Source: Deltaproteobacteria bacterium (GTDB lineage: Bacteria; Myxococcota; JACRCW01). Taken from it: 64,000 nucleotides of DNA. This document shows positions 9,908 through 20,072 of this stretch, one piece after another; position 1 is the first letter of the stretch, and the number at the start of each line of letters is the position of its first letter. A model generated the notes under the pieces. The model saw nothing but the letters and a program-made list of their open reading frames with translations, had not been told where the DNA came from and ran no database searches. The stretch lies in contig JACRCW010000071.1 of NCBI GenBank assembly GCA_016218805.1, positions 1 through 64,000 on the forward strand. The letters run 5' to 3'. The translations under genes were made by a program, and so were the position numbers.

Positions 9908-11437
9908 CTACGGCGTGTCATCCACCCGCCGCCCGTCGACGTACACCACGCGCTGCAGACGCCCGCGGTCATCCCGCTCCATCCATATCCCCTGCTGCAG
10001 GCCGCGGTCGTACGGGCCAAACCGCTCCAGCGCGCCGGTGGGGTCGTGGAACTTCCAGGTTCCTTCGCGCACACCCCGCACGTAGAAGCCTTCCGTCTCC
10101 ACCGCTCCGCCGGGCAGGTACGTCACCCAGCGTCCGTCCTCCTTGTCGTCCAGGTAGGCGCCTTCGCGCTCCAGGGCGCCGCCGAACTTCCACTCGCGCC
10201 AGACGCCGTTGCGCCGGCCGGCGGTGTACGCCCCCTCGGAACGCCACGAGCCATCCGGGTGCCAGCTGCGCCACGTGCCGCTGCGCGTGCCGTGCTCCAA
10301 CACGCCCGCCTCGGCGACCTGGCCCGACAGGTAGCGGCTCTCGAACGGCCCGTGCGAGACGCCGTCGGGCCGCACGCACGAGACCAGCTCGCGATCATCA
10401 CGGGTGAGGACCGCGCGCTCCGTGCCCTCCGGGCAGCTGCCGCGCCGCGCGCGCTCGTCGCTGCGCATCAGGGCCCAGGTCACTCCGCCCACCAGTGTGA
10501 CGGCAGCGCCGGCCACGGCGAGCCGGCGGACCAGGCTGCGCGCGCCGGCGCGCAACTCGGTCCACGGGATGTCCAGCCCCGCGGCGAACCGCACGTCCCA
10601 CGCGCGGCGCAGCGCCAGGGCCCACGCGGCTCCACCGACGGCAGCCGCCGCCGCGACCAGGCCCTTCCATCCGCCGATGTCCCGCAGGGCGTTCCACCCG
10701 TCGGACACGGCGACGAGGAACGCCAGGGCGAGCAGCAGTTTGGTCCACTGGCGCCGCAGCGCAGGCGCCACCGCCGCACCCACGATGAGCAGCAGTGCCG
10801 GGTTGACGGCGCCGGTGAAGGTGGCAGCGGCCCAGCGCATCAGCGCGTGCGCCTCGCCCGGGGGCAGCGCCTTCCCCAGCAGACCGGCCAGCACTTCGCT
10901 GATGCCCGTGGCGACGATGCGCACGACGAACACCGCCGCCAGCGCTGCCGGCAGCGCACCCAGGTGACGGCGGAGGTCACCCAGTTCCTCCGCCGGAGGC
11001 GTGGCCGCGGCGGCCGGTTCCGGCTCCGGGGGCGCCGGTGGCTCGTCAACCTCCACCTCGGTGACCGTCCCGGCGGTGAGCCGTCCCAGCGCACCGCGGG
11101 GCATGTACAGGCCGCCGCAGCCCGTGCACACGTCCAGCGGCTCGCCTCGCAACTGCACGCGTGACGTCGTCTTGCCGCAGCCCGGGCAGGTCAACGGCCG
11201 CCCGGAGAAGTGGTGCATCAGCTCGCGGATGAGTTCGGGCGTGACGCCCAGGTGGCGGGCGTAGAGCTCCGGGGCCACCTCGGCGGGGAAGAACCGGCCG
11301 CGGCAGCGTCCGCACACGTCCTCGCCCAGCGCGCCCGCGGAAGCGGCCATGCCGCCACTGCACGCGGGGCAGCGCACGTACCGCGGCGCGGTAGCGGCGG
11401 CGGGCTCTGGCGGTGGGAGGGTCCCGGCGTCTGCCAT
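9908..11437 (-). CDS. membrane protein with two N-terminal zf-TFIIB-like zinc ribbons and C-terminal MORN-variant/YwqK-like repeats
   Basis: CPAC..CGRC and CPGC..CTGC; about 5 TM segments; repeated G.Y..G.R.G.W..W...G units. Confidence 0.8.
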   Translation of the reverse strand: MADAGTLPPPEPAAATAPRYVRCPACSGGMAASAGALGEDVCGRCRGRFFPAEVAPELYARHLGVTPELIRELMHHFSGRPLTCPGCGKTTSRVQLRGEPLDVCTGCGGLYMPRGALGRLTAGTVTEVEVDEPPAPPEPEPAAAATPPAEELGDLRRHLGALPAALAAVFVVRIVATGISEVLAGLLGKALPPGEAHALMRWAAATFTGAVNPALLLIVGAAVAPALRRQWTKLLLALAFLVAVSDGWNALRDIGGWKGLVAAAAAVGGAAWALALRRAWDVRFAAGLDIPWTELRAGARSLVRRLAVAGAAVTLVGGVTWALMRSDERARRGSCPEGTERAVLTRDDRELVSCVRPDGVSHGPFESRYLSGQVAEAGVLEHGTRSGTWRSWHPDGSWRSEGAYTAGRRNGVWREWKFGGALEREGAYLDDKEDGRWVTYLPGGAVETEGFYVRGVREGTWKFHDPTGALERFGPYDRGLQQGIWMERDDRGRLQRVVYVDGRRVDDTP

Positions 11438-11476
11438 GGCGACGAGCCTACGCACCGTTGCGCGTGCCGGCAACGC

Positions 11477-13156
11477 TCACGGGCGCGTGGCGCGGACTTC
11501 CCAGGACTCAATGTTCCAGGACACCGTGGTGTGGGTGCCAGTGGGCGCCCAGCCCAGCAGGTCCTTGCGCCGCGCCGAGACGACCGGCCGCGTGTAGACG
11601 GGCAACATGGGCAGTTCCCGACGGAAGATCTCCGCCGCGTGGCGCAGCAGGTCACGCCGGCGCGCCGCATCCAGCGTGCGCGGCACCGCGTCCATGAGCG
11701 CGTCCACCTCGGCGTTGCGCCACGCCGCCTGGTTCTGGCCGGTCCAGCGGTTGGCTTCGGAGGGAATGTGGCGCGAGGACAGGAACGTTTCACCGTAGGC
11801 CATGGGGTCCATGGTGAACGCGTAGAACGCCAGGTGCGGGCTCTTGCGCTGCTTGAGCACGTCACCAAAGAACACGCGCGCCGGACTGCCCACCAGGCGC
11901 ACCTCCACGCCCACGGCGCGCCACTGCGCCTGGAAAGCCGTCAACGCGTCCTCCGCGGCCTTCACGCCCGTGGCGTAGGCCAGTTCCAGGGAGAGGACGC
12001 GCCCCTTGGCGTCATGGCGCAACCCGCCCGCACCAACGGGGTAGCCCAGCGCATCCAGCTCCGCGCGCGCGGCCTGGGGGTCGTACCGGATGGGCTCGGG
12101 TTGCGCGGGGTTTCCTTCGTGGCGTGGTGGAAACAGCGTGTCCACCGTGGCGTACCGGCCGTGGAACACGCGGTCCACCACGCTGCGCCGGTCAATGGCG
12201 CTGGCCAGCGCCCGCCGCAGGCGCGCATCACGCAGCCACTCGTCCTCGCAGTTGAAATCAATGTGCGCCCACACCATGCCCGGCGCCAGGTCCACCACAA
12301 AGTCCCCACCGCGGCGCGCGCGCAGCTCCTCCGCCAGGTCCACGCCAATGCTCCCGTCGGGCGCGATCGCGTCGGCTTCGCCCGCCTCCAGCAGGGACAG
12401 CGCCGCGCGGTCACTCCCCGCGAACCGCCACACGACCTCATCCACCCGGGGCGGGGCGAACGCCACCGGGTTGCGCACCAGGCGGATCCATTCGCCGGGG
12501 CGCCACTCACCCAACGCAAACGGCCCGTAATACAGCGGCCGGCGCAACCACGGGCTCTTCTTGAGCGCGCCGCGGGCGCCACCGTCCCCCACCCAGAACG
12601 CTTCCACCACGTGCGCGGGCAGCGGCACGTGGTTGCGGAACGCGGTGAAGAACGCAAACGGCTCCTTCCACGTCACGCGCAGCGTCGCATCGTCCGTAGC
12701 GCGGATGTCCTCAATCTTCTCCGCCAGGGACCGGTCACGCACTTCCTGGGACGGGTCCATCACCACCTGGTGGCCCAGCACAAAGTCCCGCGCCACCAGG
12801 CGCTGCCCGTCAGCCCACCGTACGTCCCGGCGCAGGTGCCAGTTGACCACCATCTTTGCCGCGCGGTCCGGGTCCGTCGTCACGGCGCCGGCCGCGTCCA
12901 GCAGGATCACGCCGCCGCCCTCGCCCAGCGACGGGATGGACTCCGCCACCCCGGGCACCATGCGCCAGTCACGGTCGTATTGCGTGAGGTACCGCGTGCC
13001 GGCCTCCACCACCTGGTTGGCGGCAATGCTCTCCGAAAACTGCGGCAACAACGCGTCCGGTTCCTGCGTGGTGACGACGGTGATGCGGCGCGGCGGGGGC
13101 GTCCCCGGCGTGCGCTGGCAGCCGGCAATCAGCAGGATGAGCAGCAGCTTCCGCAT
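11477..13156 (-). CDS. peptide ABC transporter substrate-binding lipoprotein (family 5)
   Basis: Lipoprotein signal MRKLLLILLIAGC; RWADG, GPFAL, DARLRRALASAIDR, ELPMLPVY. Confidence 0.92.
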   Translation of the reverse strand: MRKLLLILLIAGCQRTPGTPPPRRITVVTTQEPDALLPQFSESIAANQVVEAGTRYLTQYDRDWRMVPGVAESIPSLGEGGGVILLDAAGAVTTDPDRAAKMVVNWHLRRDVRWADGQRLVARDFVLGHQVVMDPSQEVRDRSLAEKIEDIRATDDATLRVTWKEPFAFFTAFRNHVPLPAHVVEAFWVGDGGARGALKKSPWLRRPLYYGPFALGEWRPGEWIRLVRNPVAFAPPRVDEVVWRFAGSDRAALSLLEAGEADAIAPDGSIGVDLAEELRARRGGDFVVDLAPGMVWAHIDFNCEDEWLRDARLRRALASAIDRRSVVDRVFHGRYATVDTLFPPRHEGNPAQPEPIRYDPQAARAELDALGYPVGAGGLRHDAKGRVLSLELAYATGVKAAEDALTAFQAQWRAVGVEVRLVGSPARVFFGDVLKQRKSPHLAFYAFTMDPMAYGETFLSSRHIPSEANRWTGQNQAAWRNAEVDALMDAVPRTLDAARRRDLLRHAAEIFRRELPMLPVYTRPVVSARRKDLLGWAPTGTHTTVSWNIESWEVRATRP

Positions 13157-13224
13157 GTCTGTGTGCGTAGAACATCCCCGGCCCGCGCGGAAGCACGTTG
13201 AAAGCCCCCGCCGCGTGACGCACC

Positions 13225-13953
13225 ATGGCCCGGATGGAACACGGGCGCGCGCCTCCCACCACCGCCGCGGCAATTCCCTCCGTCCTGCCGGGCGTGACGT
13301 CGGCGCTGGGGCCGGGGGCGGCGCTGATCGTCCCGCGTGACGGGATGGGGTACGCGTCGCTGCACGCGGAGGTCTGCCCGTCCTGCCACGCGCGCGTGCC
13401 GCAAGCGCTGGAGCGGTTCACGCTGCGGCCGGAGACCGCCCGGGCAGCGGCGCTGGAGGCTCTGCTCAGCCCGCCCGCCGTGTTGCTGGCGTCCATGGCG
13501 CTGCGCCTGCTGGGAGACACGTTGTGGTGGCCGCTGGTGTTCCTGTTCGGGCCGTCGCTGGCGCTGTCCACCGCGGCGGGTTTGCGCATCCGGCTCAAGC
13601 GGTTCCGCCTCAAGGCGGCGCTGTGCCCCGCCTGTGCGGCCAGCATCCGCGCCGCGCGGCGGCGGGTGCGCGTGCACCGGACGCTCAAGAACCTGTCCGC
13701 GTGGGGCATGGTGATGCTGGCGCCGGTGGCGTTCACGCCGCTGGGCGAGCACTACCGCGTCCTGGTGGCGCCGCTGGCCGCGGTGCTGGCGGGCGGCTGC
13801 AGCGTGCTGTTCATCCTGGAGCGCGCGTCACGCCGGCGCGCGGCCGCGTTGCTGCCGGCGCTCACCCACGTCGACGAACAGGGCGCACTGCTGCAGTTGC
13901 CCGCGTCCTGGTCCGGCGGCGTGCAGGTGCGCACTCAGCCCAGTGCCGATTGA
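13225..13953 (+). CDS. hypothetical membrane protein with two CxxC motifs
   Basis: CPSC and CPAC flank a TM hairpin, followed by a second TM pair; start uncertain. Confidence 0.6.
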   Translation: MARMEHGRAPPTTAAAIPSVLPGVTSALGPGAALIVPRDGMGYASLHAEVCPSCHARVPQALERFTLRPETARAAALEALLSPPAVLLASMALRLLGDTLWWPLVFLFGPSLALSTAAGLRIRLKRFRLKAALCPACAASIRAARRRVRVHRTLKNLSAWGMVMLAPVAFTPLGEHYRVLVAPLAAVLAGGCSVLFILERASRRRAAALLPALTHVDEQGALLQLPASWSGGVQVRTQPSAD

Positions 13954-13985
13954 CCGGGCGGAGCCCGCGGTGCGACGGAAGGCCC

Positions 13986-14792
13986 ATGAGCCGCCGCAAG
14001 CGTCGTGACCATCCCGACCGTTCCCCGCCAACGGACGCGCCGCCCGCCGCGGCGGAGCCGGCCGCCGGCCCGGGTCTGGCCGAGCTGGCGCTGGACCGGT
14101 TGGCCGCACGCGTGCACCCCGAGCTGTTCCTGGCGCTGCAGGCGCAGCTCCCCGAAGGCGACGCGCGGTGGCTCACGCTGTTTGCGCACGGTTTTGACGA
14201 CGAGGGGAACATGAGCCCGCTGCTGGGGTTGCAGCCGGTGGCGCTCCATCCGGTGGCCTTTGAGCTGGGCGGCGGCCGGCTGGACGGGCCGGCCACGGTG
14301 CTGCGGCTGGTGGACGTGTTCACGGCGCAGCCGCGGCGGCTGGCGGGTTGGCAGGCGCGCGTCACGTTTGCCGTGGTCACCGCGCTGGGACCCCACCGGT
14401 GTGATGCGCTGGGCCGTGACGGGATGGGTGAGGTGATTGGCGCCGTGGAGCAGCAGTTGGCGGCGCCGGGGTTCCTGCTGCCCATGGGGACAGACACCGC
14501 GCCGCTTCCGTTGGACGCCGCGGCGGTGGCCCGCGAGGTGGAGGCCGCGTTCCCGGGTGCCCTGGCCCGCGCGCGCCTGGGTGAGGCATTGCAGCTGGCC
14601 TTCCCGGACGAAGACGACGAGACGCTGGACGAACTGGTGGCGGAATCCCTGCGCGCGCTGCAGGTGCGCGTGGCGCCGGCGCCGCCCTACGCCGTGGAGG
14701 TGGCAGCGGCGGGCCGCGAGTGGCTGCCGCTGCAGGCGGTGCTGGACGCGCTGAAGCGGCGGTTGACCGGTGGCCTGCGGGTCCTGCGCTGA
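13986..14792 (+). CDS. hypothetical protein
   Basis: Coding-like codon pattern from ATG 13986; fills the gap up to the LysR gene. Confidence 0.65.
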   Translation: MSRRKRRDHPDRSPPTDAPPAAAEPAAGPGLAELALDRLAARVHPELFLALQAQLPEGDARWLTLFAHGFDDEGNMSPLLGLQPVALHPVAFELGGGRLDGPATVLRLVDVFTAQPRRLAGWQARVTFAVVTALGPHRCDALGRDGMGEVIGAVEQQLAAPGFLLPMGTDTAPLPLDAAAVAREVEAAFPGALARARLGEALQLAFPDEDDETLDELVAESLRALQVRVAPAPPYAVEVAAAGREWLPLQAVLDALKRRLTGGLRVLR

Positions 14793-14810
14793 CGACGAGG
14801 GGGTGCCGCG

Positions 14811-15713
14811 ATGGAATGGCTCAACTACCACCACCTGCTCTACTTCTGGACCGTGGCCCGGGAGGGCAGCATTGCCCGCGCCAGCGTGAAGCTGCGGCTG
14901 GCGCAGCCCACCATCAGCGCGCAGATCCACGCGCTGGAGGATGCGCTGGGGCACAAGCTGTTCCAGCGCCAGGGCCGCAACCTGGTGCTCACGGAGATGG
15001 GCCGCACCGTGGAGAAGTACGCCGACGAGATCTTCTCGTTGGGCCGCGAGATGCTGGACGTGGTGAAGGAGCGCGGCGCTCCGCGGCGTCCCACGCTGGC
15101 GGTGGGGATTGTGGACGCGGTGCCCAAGCTGGTGGCGCACGTGCTCCTGCAGCCGGCGCTGGCGCTCCCGCAGCCCCCGCAGCTGCAGTGCCACGAGGAC
15201 GACCTGGACGAACTGGTGGCGCGCCTGTCCGTCCACCAGCTGGACCTGGTGCTGTCTGATCACCCTCTGCCCGCTGACGCGCACGTGCGCGCCTTCAGCC
15301 ACCGCCTGGGCGAGTGCGGCATGGCCTTCTTTGCCGCCCCCGCGCTGCACGAGCGCCTGCGCCGCCACGCGTTCCCGGGCAACCTGGACGGCGCACCGGT
15401 GCTGTTGCCCGGCCGCGGCGCGGCGTTGCGGCGCGTGCTGGACGCGTGGTTCGAGCAGCACGAGGTGCGGCCCGCGATCATCGGCGAGTTTGACGACGGC
15501 GCGTTGCTGAAGGTGTTTGGCCAGGCCGGCGCCGGCGTGTTCTGCGCGCCGTCCGCCATCCGTGACGAGGTGGAACGCCAGTACCGTGTACGCGCGCTGG
15601 GCGAGGCACCCGAGGTGCGCGAGGCCTACTACGCCATCAGCGTGGAACGCCGCGTGAAGCATCCCGCGGTGCTCGCCATCACGCGCGCGGCGCGCGCGGA
15701 GGTGTTCGGTTGA
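14811..15713 (+). CDS. nhaR: LysR-family transcriptional activator, NhaR type
   Basis: MEWLNYHHLLYFWTVAREGSIARA..L.LAQPTISAQI; GEFDDGALLKVFGQAG; YYAISVERRVKHPAV. Confidence 0.9.
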   Translation: MEWLNYHHLLYFWTVAREGSIARASVKLRLAQPTISAQIHALEDALGHKLFQRQGRNLVLTEMGRTVEKYADEIFSLGREMLDVVKERGAPRRPTLAVGIVDAVPKLVAHVLLQPALALPQPPQLQCHEDDLDELVARLSVHQLDLVLSDHPLPADAHVRAFSHRLGECGMAFFAAPALHERLRRHAFPGNLDGAPVLLPGRGAALRRVLDAWFEQHEVRPAIIGEFDDGALLKVFGQAGAGVFCAPSAIRDEVERQYRVRALGEAPEVREAYYAISVERRVKHPAVLAITRAARAEVFG

Positions 15714-15714
15714 C

Positions 15715-16260
15715 TCAGGCCACCGCGCCGTCGCTGGGCATGTTGACCACCTCGCCCTCGCCCGTCTCGTCCGCGTCGTCGGAGCGGCGCTTGCGCAGCT
15801 GCGTCAGTTCCCACACCGGCCCCGCCACAAGACTCAGCGGGTCATCCGCAAACGCCGGAGCGTTTCCTTCATGCAGCACGTGCCCGGCGATGTTCAGCGC
15901 CCACCCGCTGACGAAGGCAGTGGCGGAGAGCGCCCACAGCGGCCGGTAGGCGGGGAACACCAGCAGGCCCGCGGTGCCGGCCAGGATCACCGGGATGCCC
16001 ACTGTGTGGAACTTGCGGTTGGTGGGGTCCCGGTGCGTGGCGTCGTAATGCTCCACCGCCAGCTCCCAGCGCTCCACCAGGCCGCCCTGGAATTCCGGGT
16101 GTGCCTCCCGCCAGCACTCCTCCAGCCCTTTCACGCCCTTCCCAAACAACCCCAGCCCCACCACCTTCTGCCCGGTGAGCACGGCGCCCATGCCGGTGAC
16201 GGCAAACGCCAGATTGCGGGAGCGCTTGTCGGGGATCAGGTCCAGCAGCTTGTCGAGCAT
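15715..16260 (-). CDS. DUF962/Mpo1-like membrane protein with N-terminal extension
   Basis: YDATHRDPTNRKFHTVGIP...GWALNIAGHVLHEGNAPAF; strong GAGGAGG RBS before ATG 16260. Confidence 0.85.
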   Translation of the reverse strand: MLDKLLDLIPDKRSRNLAFAVTGMGAVLTGQKVVGLGLFGKGVKGLEECWREAHPEFQGGLVERWELAVEHYDATHRDPTNRKFHTVGIPVILAGTAGLLVFPAYRPLWALSATAFVSGWALNIAGHVLHEGNAPAFADDPLSLVAGPVWELTQLRKRRSDDADETGEGEVVNMPSDGAVA

Positions 16261-16321
16261 CGGCAGCCTCCTCCTCCTCGTGGGAGACACGCAGATACCC
16301 CGCGGGATCGCGCCGTGCCAG

Positions 16322-18943
16322 TCAGGCGCGGCCCACCCGTGCCGCCGTCTGGGCGGGCCCGGTCACCCGCGTGAACTTCATCGCGCCGTCACCGCGGTCC
16401 GCCACAATGGTGTCCCCGTCCTTGAACGTGCCCTTGAGGACCTCGCGCGCCAGCGCGTCCGCCAGGTGCCGTTGCAGCGCGCGCTTGAGCGGCCGCGCGC
16501 CGTAGCTGGGTTCGTAGCCCTCCTGCAGGAGGAACTCGCGCGCCGCCGGGGTGACGTCCAGCCGAAGTCCCCGGTCCGCCAACCGCTGCGCAAACGCATT
16601 CACCTGCAGCTCCACAATGCTCATCAGCTCGTTGTGGCCCAGGCGGTGGAACAACAGGATGTCATCCAGCCGGTTGAGGAACTCCGGGCGGAAGTGCGCC
16701 TTCACCGCTTCCATCACCGGCACGCGCACCTTCTCCACGTCGTCCGCGTCGGACAGGTACTGGCTGCCCAGGTTGGAGGTCATCAGCACCACGGTGTTCT
16801 TGAAGTCCACCGTGCGCCCCTGGCCGTCGGTCAGCCGCCCGTCGTCCAGGATCTGCAGCAGCACGTTGAACACGTCCGGGTGCGCCTTCTCGATTTCGTC
16901 CAGCAGGAGCACCGCGTACGGACGCCGCCGCACCTTCTCCGTGAGGTAGCCGCCCTCGTCGTAGCCCACGTAACCCGGCGGCGCGCCAATGAGCCGCGCC
17001 ACGCTGTGCTTCTCCATGAACTCGCTCATGTCCAGGCGCACCATGGCGGTCTCGTCGTCAAACAGGAACTCCGCCAGCGCGCGCGCCAGTTCCGTCTTCC
17101 CCACGCCGGTGGGCCCCAGGAACATGAAGCTGCCCATGGGCCGCCGCGGGTCGGACAGGCCCGCGCGCGCACGGCGGATGGCGTCAGACACCGCTTCCAC
17201 GGCGGGCCGCTGTCCAATGACGCGGGTCCCCAGGCGCTCCTCCATCTGCAGCAACCGGTCGCGCTCGCCCTCCAACATCCGGGACACGGGAATGCCCGTC
17301 CACCGTGAAACGACCTGTGCAATCTCCGCGTCCGTCACCTCCTCTGAGAGGAACCCGCCGCCCTGCTTGCGCAGCTCCGCCAGCTTCTCATTGGCCTGGG
17401 CAATGCTCTTCTCCAGCCCGGGAATGACGCCGAACCGCAGCTCCGCCGCCTTGTCAAAGTCCCCGCGCCGCTGCACTTCCTCCACGTCACGCCGGGACGC
17501 TTCCAGCTTCTCCTTGAGGGTGCGCATCTCCGCAATGAGCGCTTTCTCCTGCTGCCAGCGCGCGCGCATGGTGGAGACCGTCTCCTTGGCCTCCGCCAGC
17601 TGCTTTTCCACGTCGTTGAGCTTTTGCGCGCTTTGCGGGTCCGTTTCGCGCTTGAGCGCCTGGCGCGCAATCTCCAGGTTCACAATCCGCCGCTCCACCT
17701 CGTCAATCTCCACGGGGACGCTGTCAATCTCCATCTTCAGCCGGCTGGCCGCTTCGTCCACCAGGTCAATGGCCTTGTCCGGCAGGTGCCGGTCCGCAAT
17801 GTACCGGTGGGACAGTTGCGCCGCGGACACAATGGCCGAATCCGTGATGCGGATGCCGTGGTGGACCTCGTAGCGCTCCTTGAGTCCGCGCAGGATGGCC
17901 ACCGTGTCTTCCACGGTGGGTTCGCCCACCAGCACCGGCTGGAACCGCCGCTCCAGTGCCGGGTCCTTCTCCACGCGCTGCCGGTACTCCTTCAGCGTCG
18001 TTGCGCCCACGCAGCGCAGGTCGCCGCGCGCCAGGGCGGGTTTGAGCAGGTTGGCCGCGTCCATGGCGCCTTCCGCCGCGCCCGCGCCCACCAGGGTGTG
18101 CAGCTCGTCAATGAACAGGATGATGCGGCCCTCCGCATCCTTGATGGCCTTGAGCACCGCCTTCAACCGGTCCTCAAACTCGCCGCGGTACTTGGTCCCG
18201 GCGATGAGGGACCCCAGGTCCAGCGCCACCAGCCGCTTGTCCTTGAGGCTCTCCGCCACGTCTCCCTTGGCGATGCGCAGCGCAATGCCTTCCACAATGG
18301 CCGTCTTGCCAACGCCGGGTTCGCCGATGAGCACGGGGTTGTTCTTGGTGCGGCGCGACAGCACCTGCATGGTGCGGCGGATCTCCTCGTCGCGGCCGAT
18401 GACCGGGTCCAGCTTTCCCTTGAGCGCATCCTGCGTGAGGTCCCGGCAGTACTTGTCCAGCACGTTGTACTTGCCCTCGGGGTTCTCGTCCGTGATGCGC
18501 TGCGTGCCGCGCACGTCCTTGAGCGCCTGCCGGACTTCCTCCGTCCCCACACGGTGCTTCTTGAGCGCCGCCTGCGCGCCGCCCTTCACCAGCGTCATGG
18601 CCAGCAGCACGTGCTCCGCGGACAGGTACTCGTCGCCCATCGTGCGGGCCTCGGCCTGTGACCGCTCAACGATCTCCTTGAGGGGCCGGGACATGTAGAC
18701 CTCGGCACCCTGCACGCGCGGCTGGGTGTTGAGCGCCTCATCCGCCGCGTTGGCCACCGCACCCGGGTCCGCCTTCAGCTTCTGCAGCAGCGCCGGGACC
18801 ACGCCGTCTTCCTGCTCCAGCAGCGCAATGAGCAGGTGCTCCGGCAGCAGTTCATTGTGCTGGCGGGACACCGCCAGGTTGCGGGCGGCCTCAAACGCCT
18901 CCCGCAGTTTCACCGTCATCTTCTCAAAGTTGACCGGACCCAT
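16322..18943 (-). CDS. clpB: ATP-dependent chaperone ClpB
   Basis: Clp N domain, two AAA modules ([17 protein letters not shown]), coiled-coil middle domain, GYVGY and [15 protein letters not shown] before ATG 18943. Confidence 0.98.
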   Translation of the reverse strand: MGPVNFEKMTVKLREAFEAARNLAVSRQHNELLPEHLLIALLEQEDGVVPALLQKLKADPGAVANAADEALNTQPRVQGAEVYMSRPLKEIVERSQAEARTMGDEYLSAEHVLLAMTLVKGGAQAALKKHRVGTEEVRQALKDVRGTQRITDENPEGKYNVLDKYCRDLTQDALKGKLDPVIGRDEEIRRTMQVLSRRTKNNPVLIGEPGVGKTAIVEGIALRIAKGDVAESLKDKRLVALDLGSLIAGTKYRGEFEDRLKAVLKAIKDAEGRIILFIDELHTLVGAGAAEGAMDAANLLKPALARGDLRCVGATTLKEYRQRVEKDPALERRFQPVLVGEPTVEDTVAILRGLKERYEVHHGIRITDSAIVSAAQLSHRYIADRHLPDKAIDLVDEAASRLKMEIDSVPVEIDEVERRIVNLEIARQALKRETDPQSAQKLNDVEKQLAEAKETVSTMRARWQQEKALIAEMRTLKEKLEASRRDVEEVQRRGDFDKAAELRFGVIPGLEKSIAQANEKLAELRKQGGGFLSEEVTDAEIAQVVSRWTGIPVSRMLEGERDRLLQMEERLGTRVIGQRPAVEAVSDAIRRARAGLSDPRRPMGSFMFLGPTGVGKTELARALAEFLFDDETAMVRLDMSEFMEKHSVARLIGAPPGYVGYDEGGYLTEKVRRRPYAVLLLDEIEKAHPDVFNVLLQILDDGRLTDGQGRTVDFKNTVVLMTSNLGSQYLSDADDVEKVRVPVMEAVKAHFRPEFLNRLDDILLFHRLGHNELMSIVELQVNAFAQRLADRGLRLDVTPAAREFLLQEGYEPSYGARPLKRALQRHLADALAREVLKGTFKDGDTIVADRGDGAMKFTRVTGPAQTAARVGRA

Positions 18944-18996
18944 CGTGTGCTCCTGCGTGTCGGACGGCGTCGCTCTCGCCGTCACGCGCCCCGCAA

Positions 18997-19014
18997 GCTA
19001 GGCACGTGCCTTGC
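18997..19014. promoter_or_regulatory. near-perfect palindrome containing a sigma54-like -24/-12 element on both strands
   Basis: GCTAGGCACGTGCCTTGC: plus strand AGGCACG-N4-TTGC, minus strand AGGCACG-N4-TAGC; both have GG-N10-GC. Confidence 0.4.
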
Positions 19015-19026
19015 GTGTGCAAGGGC

Positions 19027-19175
19027 AGCCCGCGACACGCCGCACCCGGTGCCCACGACCGCGAATCGGCAGCTCGCGACATTTCCCCCCATGGCCGCGA
19101 CTGTCGCGGGCTCGGGGTGGGTGTCGTGGGCTGGGGGGGGGAGTGGCGTGGACTCCGGGTTCGCTGTCGTGAGCT
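19027..19175. repeat. mirror-symmetric array of 11-bp motif (about AGCYCRCGACA), 4 direct + 4 inverted copies, about 21-bp period
   Basis: Forward copies at 19027, 19050, 19071, 19092; inverted copies at 19102, 19122, 19144, 19165; central palindrome CCGCGAC-T-GTCGCGG at 19095-19109. Confidence 0.8.
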
Positions 19176-19232
19176 GGGGGGCCGTGCACCAGGCCAGTGG
19201 GGGAGGTGTCCCGGGGTGGTGGTGGGCGCCCA

Positions 19233-19817
19233 TCACGCGCCGTGCGCTCCAAGTGCACGGTCAAGCCACCCTGGGCTGGCGCCGCAGCGCGTGATCCGCC
19301 CGTCGCGTGCGGTGGCAACCAAGCGTGGTTCGGTCCACGGCGCCGTGGAGTCGAAGACCGTCGCGTGCTCGAAGACGTCGAGCGCCCTCCGAAGGTTGGC
19401 GATGCTCGCGGTATGGATCGCGCGGATGTCCCGCTCGGACGCCGCGTGTCCGCCGCTCTGCGCCCGTTGAAGAACCCGCGCGATGTTCTCCGCCACGGAG
19501 TCCGTGGCGATGAAACGAAGCTGCGTCAAGAAACCACGCCGACGCGCGACCTCCGCCTGGTCGATTGAGGCCGTCGTTCTCAGCGTGGTCTCAACGGCGA
19601 AGGACCGGCCCCGTTCGATGTGGCCGACCACAAACTGCTCGCACTCCTTGGCGACGGCGCGCCTGACATCCGGGGAAATCGCCCGGTAGCTGCCCAGAAC
19701 CTGCGCGCAACGGTCGTCGATGTTGAACGCATCCACGCGGAATGACGTGACGGGGAAGCAGGTTGTCTTGCCGCTTCCGGGTGGTCCCGCCACGACGAGC
19801 ATCAGCGGACGCGTCAC
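19233..19817 (-). CDS. zeta-toxin-like P-loop kinase/ATPase
   Basis: VVAGPPGSGKTT, SFAVETTL, ENIARVLQRAQSGGH, VFDST. Confidence 0.88.
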   Translation of the reverse strand: MTRPLMLVVAGPPGSGKTTCFPVTSFRVDAFNIDDRCAQVLGSYRAISPDVRRAVAKECEQFVVGHIERGRSFAVETTLRTTASIDQAEVARRRGFLTQLRFIATDSVAENIARVLQRAQSGGHAASERDIRAIHTASIANLRRALDVFEHATVFDSTAPWTEPRLVATARDGRITRCGASPGWLDRALGAHGA

Positions 19818-19823
19818 GCGGAG

Positions 19824-20072
19824 TCAGCCGGTCTCGAGGGTTGTGTCGGACTCGGACGCCATGTCGGCAGGCAGCGTCCTGGAGACGAGGTTGCCATGGG
19901 CGTCAACAATGCCCAGCTTCTCGAGCCGTTGGCGCGCCGCCTGGATGCGCACGCCGGCGAGCGCCATGACGCGACGCTCCCACTCCTCCCGGTCCTCGTC
20001 GCGGTCGAGGTCGAGGTCGTCCACGGGTGCCGTGGGGATGGGCGACACGCCGGTCTTGAGGTGCGCAACCAT
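19824..20072 (-). CDS. small acidic protein, putative antitoxin/partner of the zeta-like ATPase
   Basis: 82 aa, D/E-rich, stops 6 bp before the ATPase start; start uncertain. Confidence 0.65.
   Translation of the reverse strand: MVAHLKTGVSPIPTAPVDDLDLDRDEDREEWERRVMALAGVRIQAARQRLEKLGIVDAHGNLVSRTLPADMASESDTTLETG

Noticed and set aside
18990..19025. CIRCE (HrcA) operator before clpB
   Set aside because: GCAC...GTGC spacing is 11 nt rather than 13, and the arms match TTAGCACTC poorly
19027..19175. CRISPR array
   Set aside because: Repeats are only 11 bp with about 10-bp spacers, switch orientation at the centre, and no cas genes are nearby
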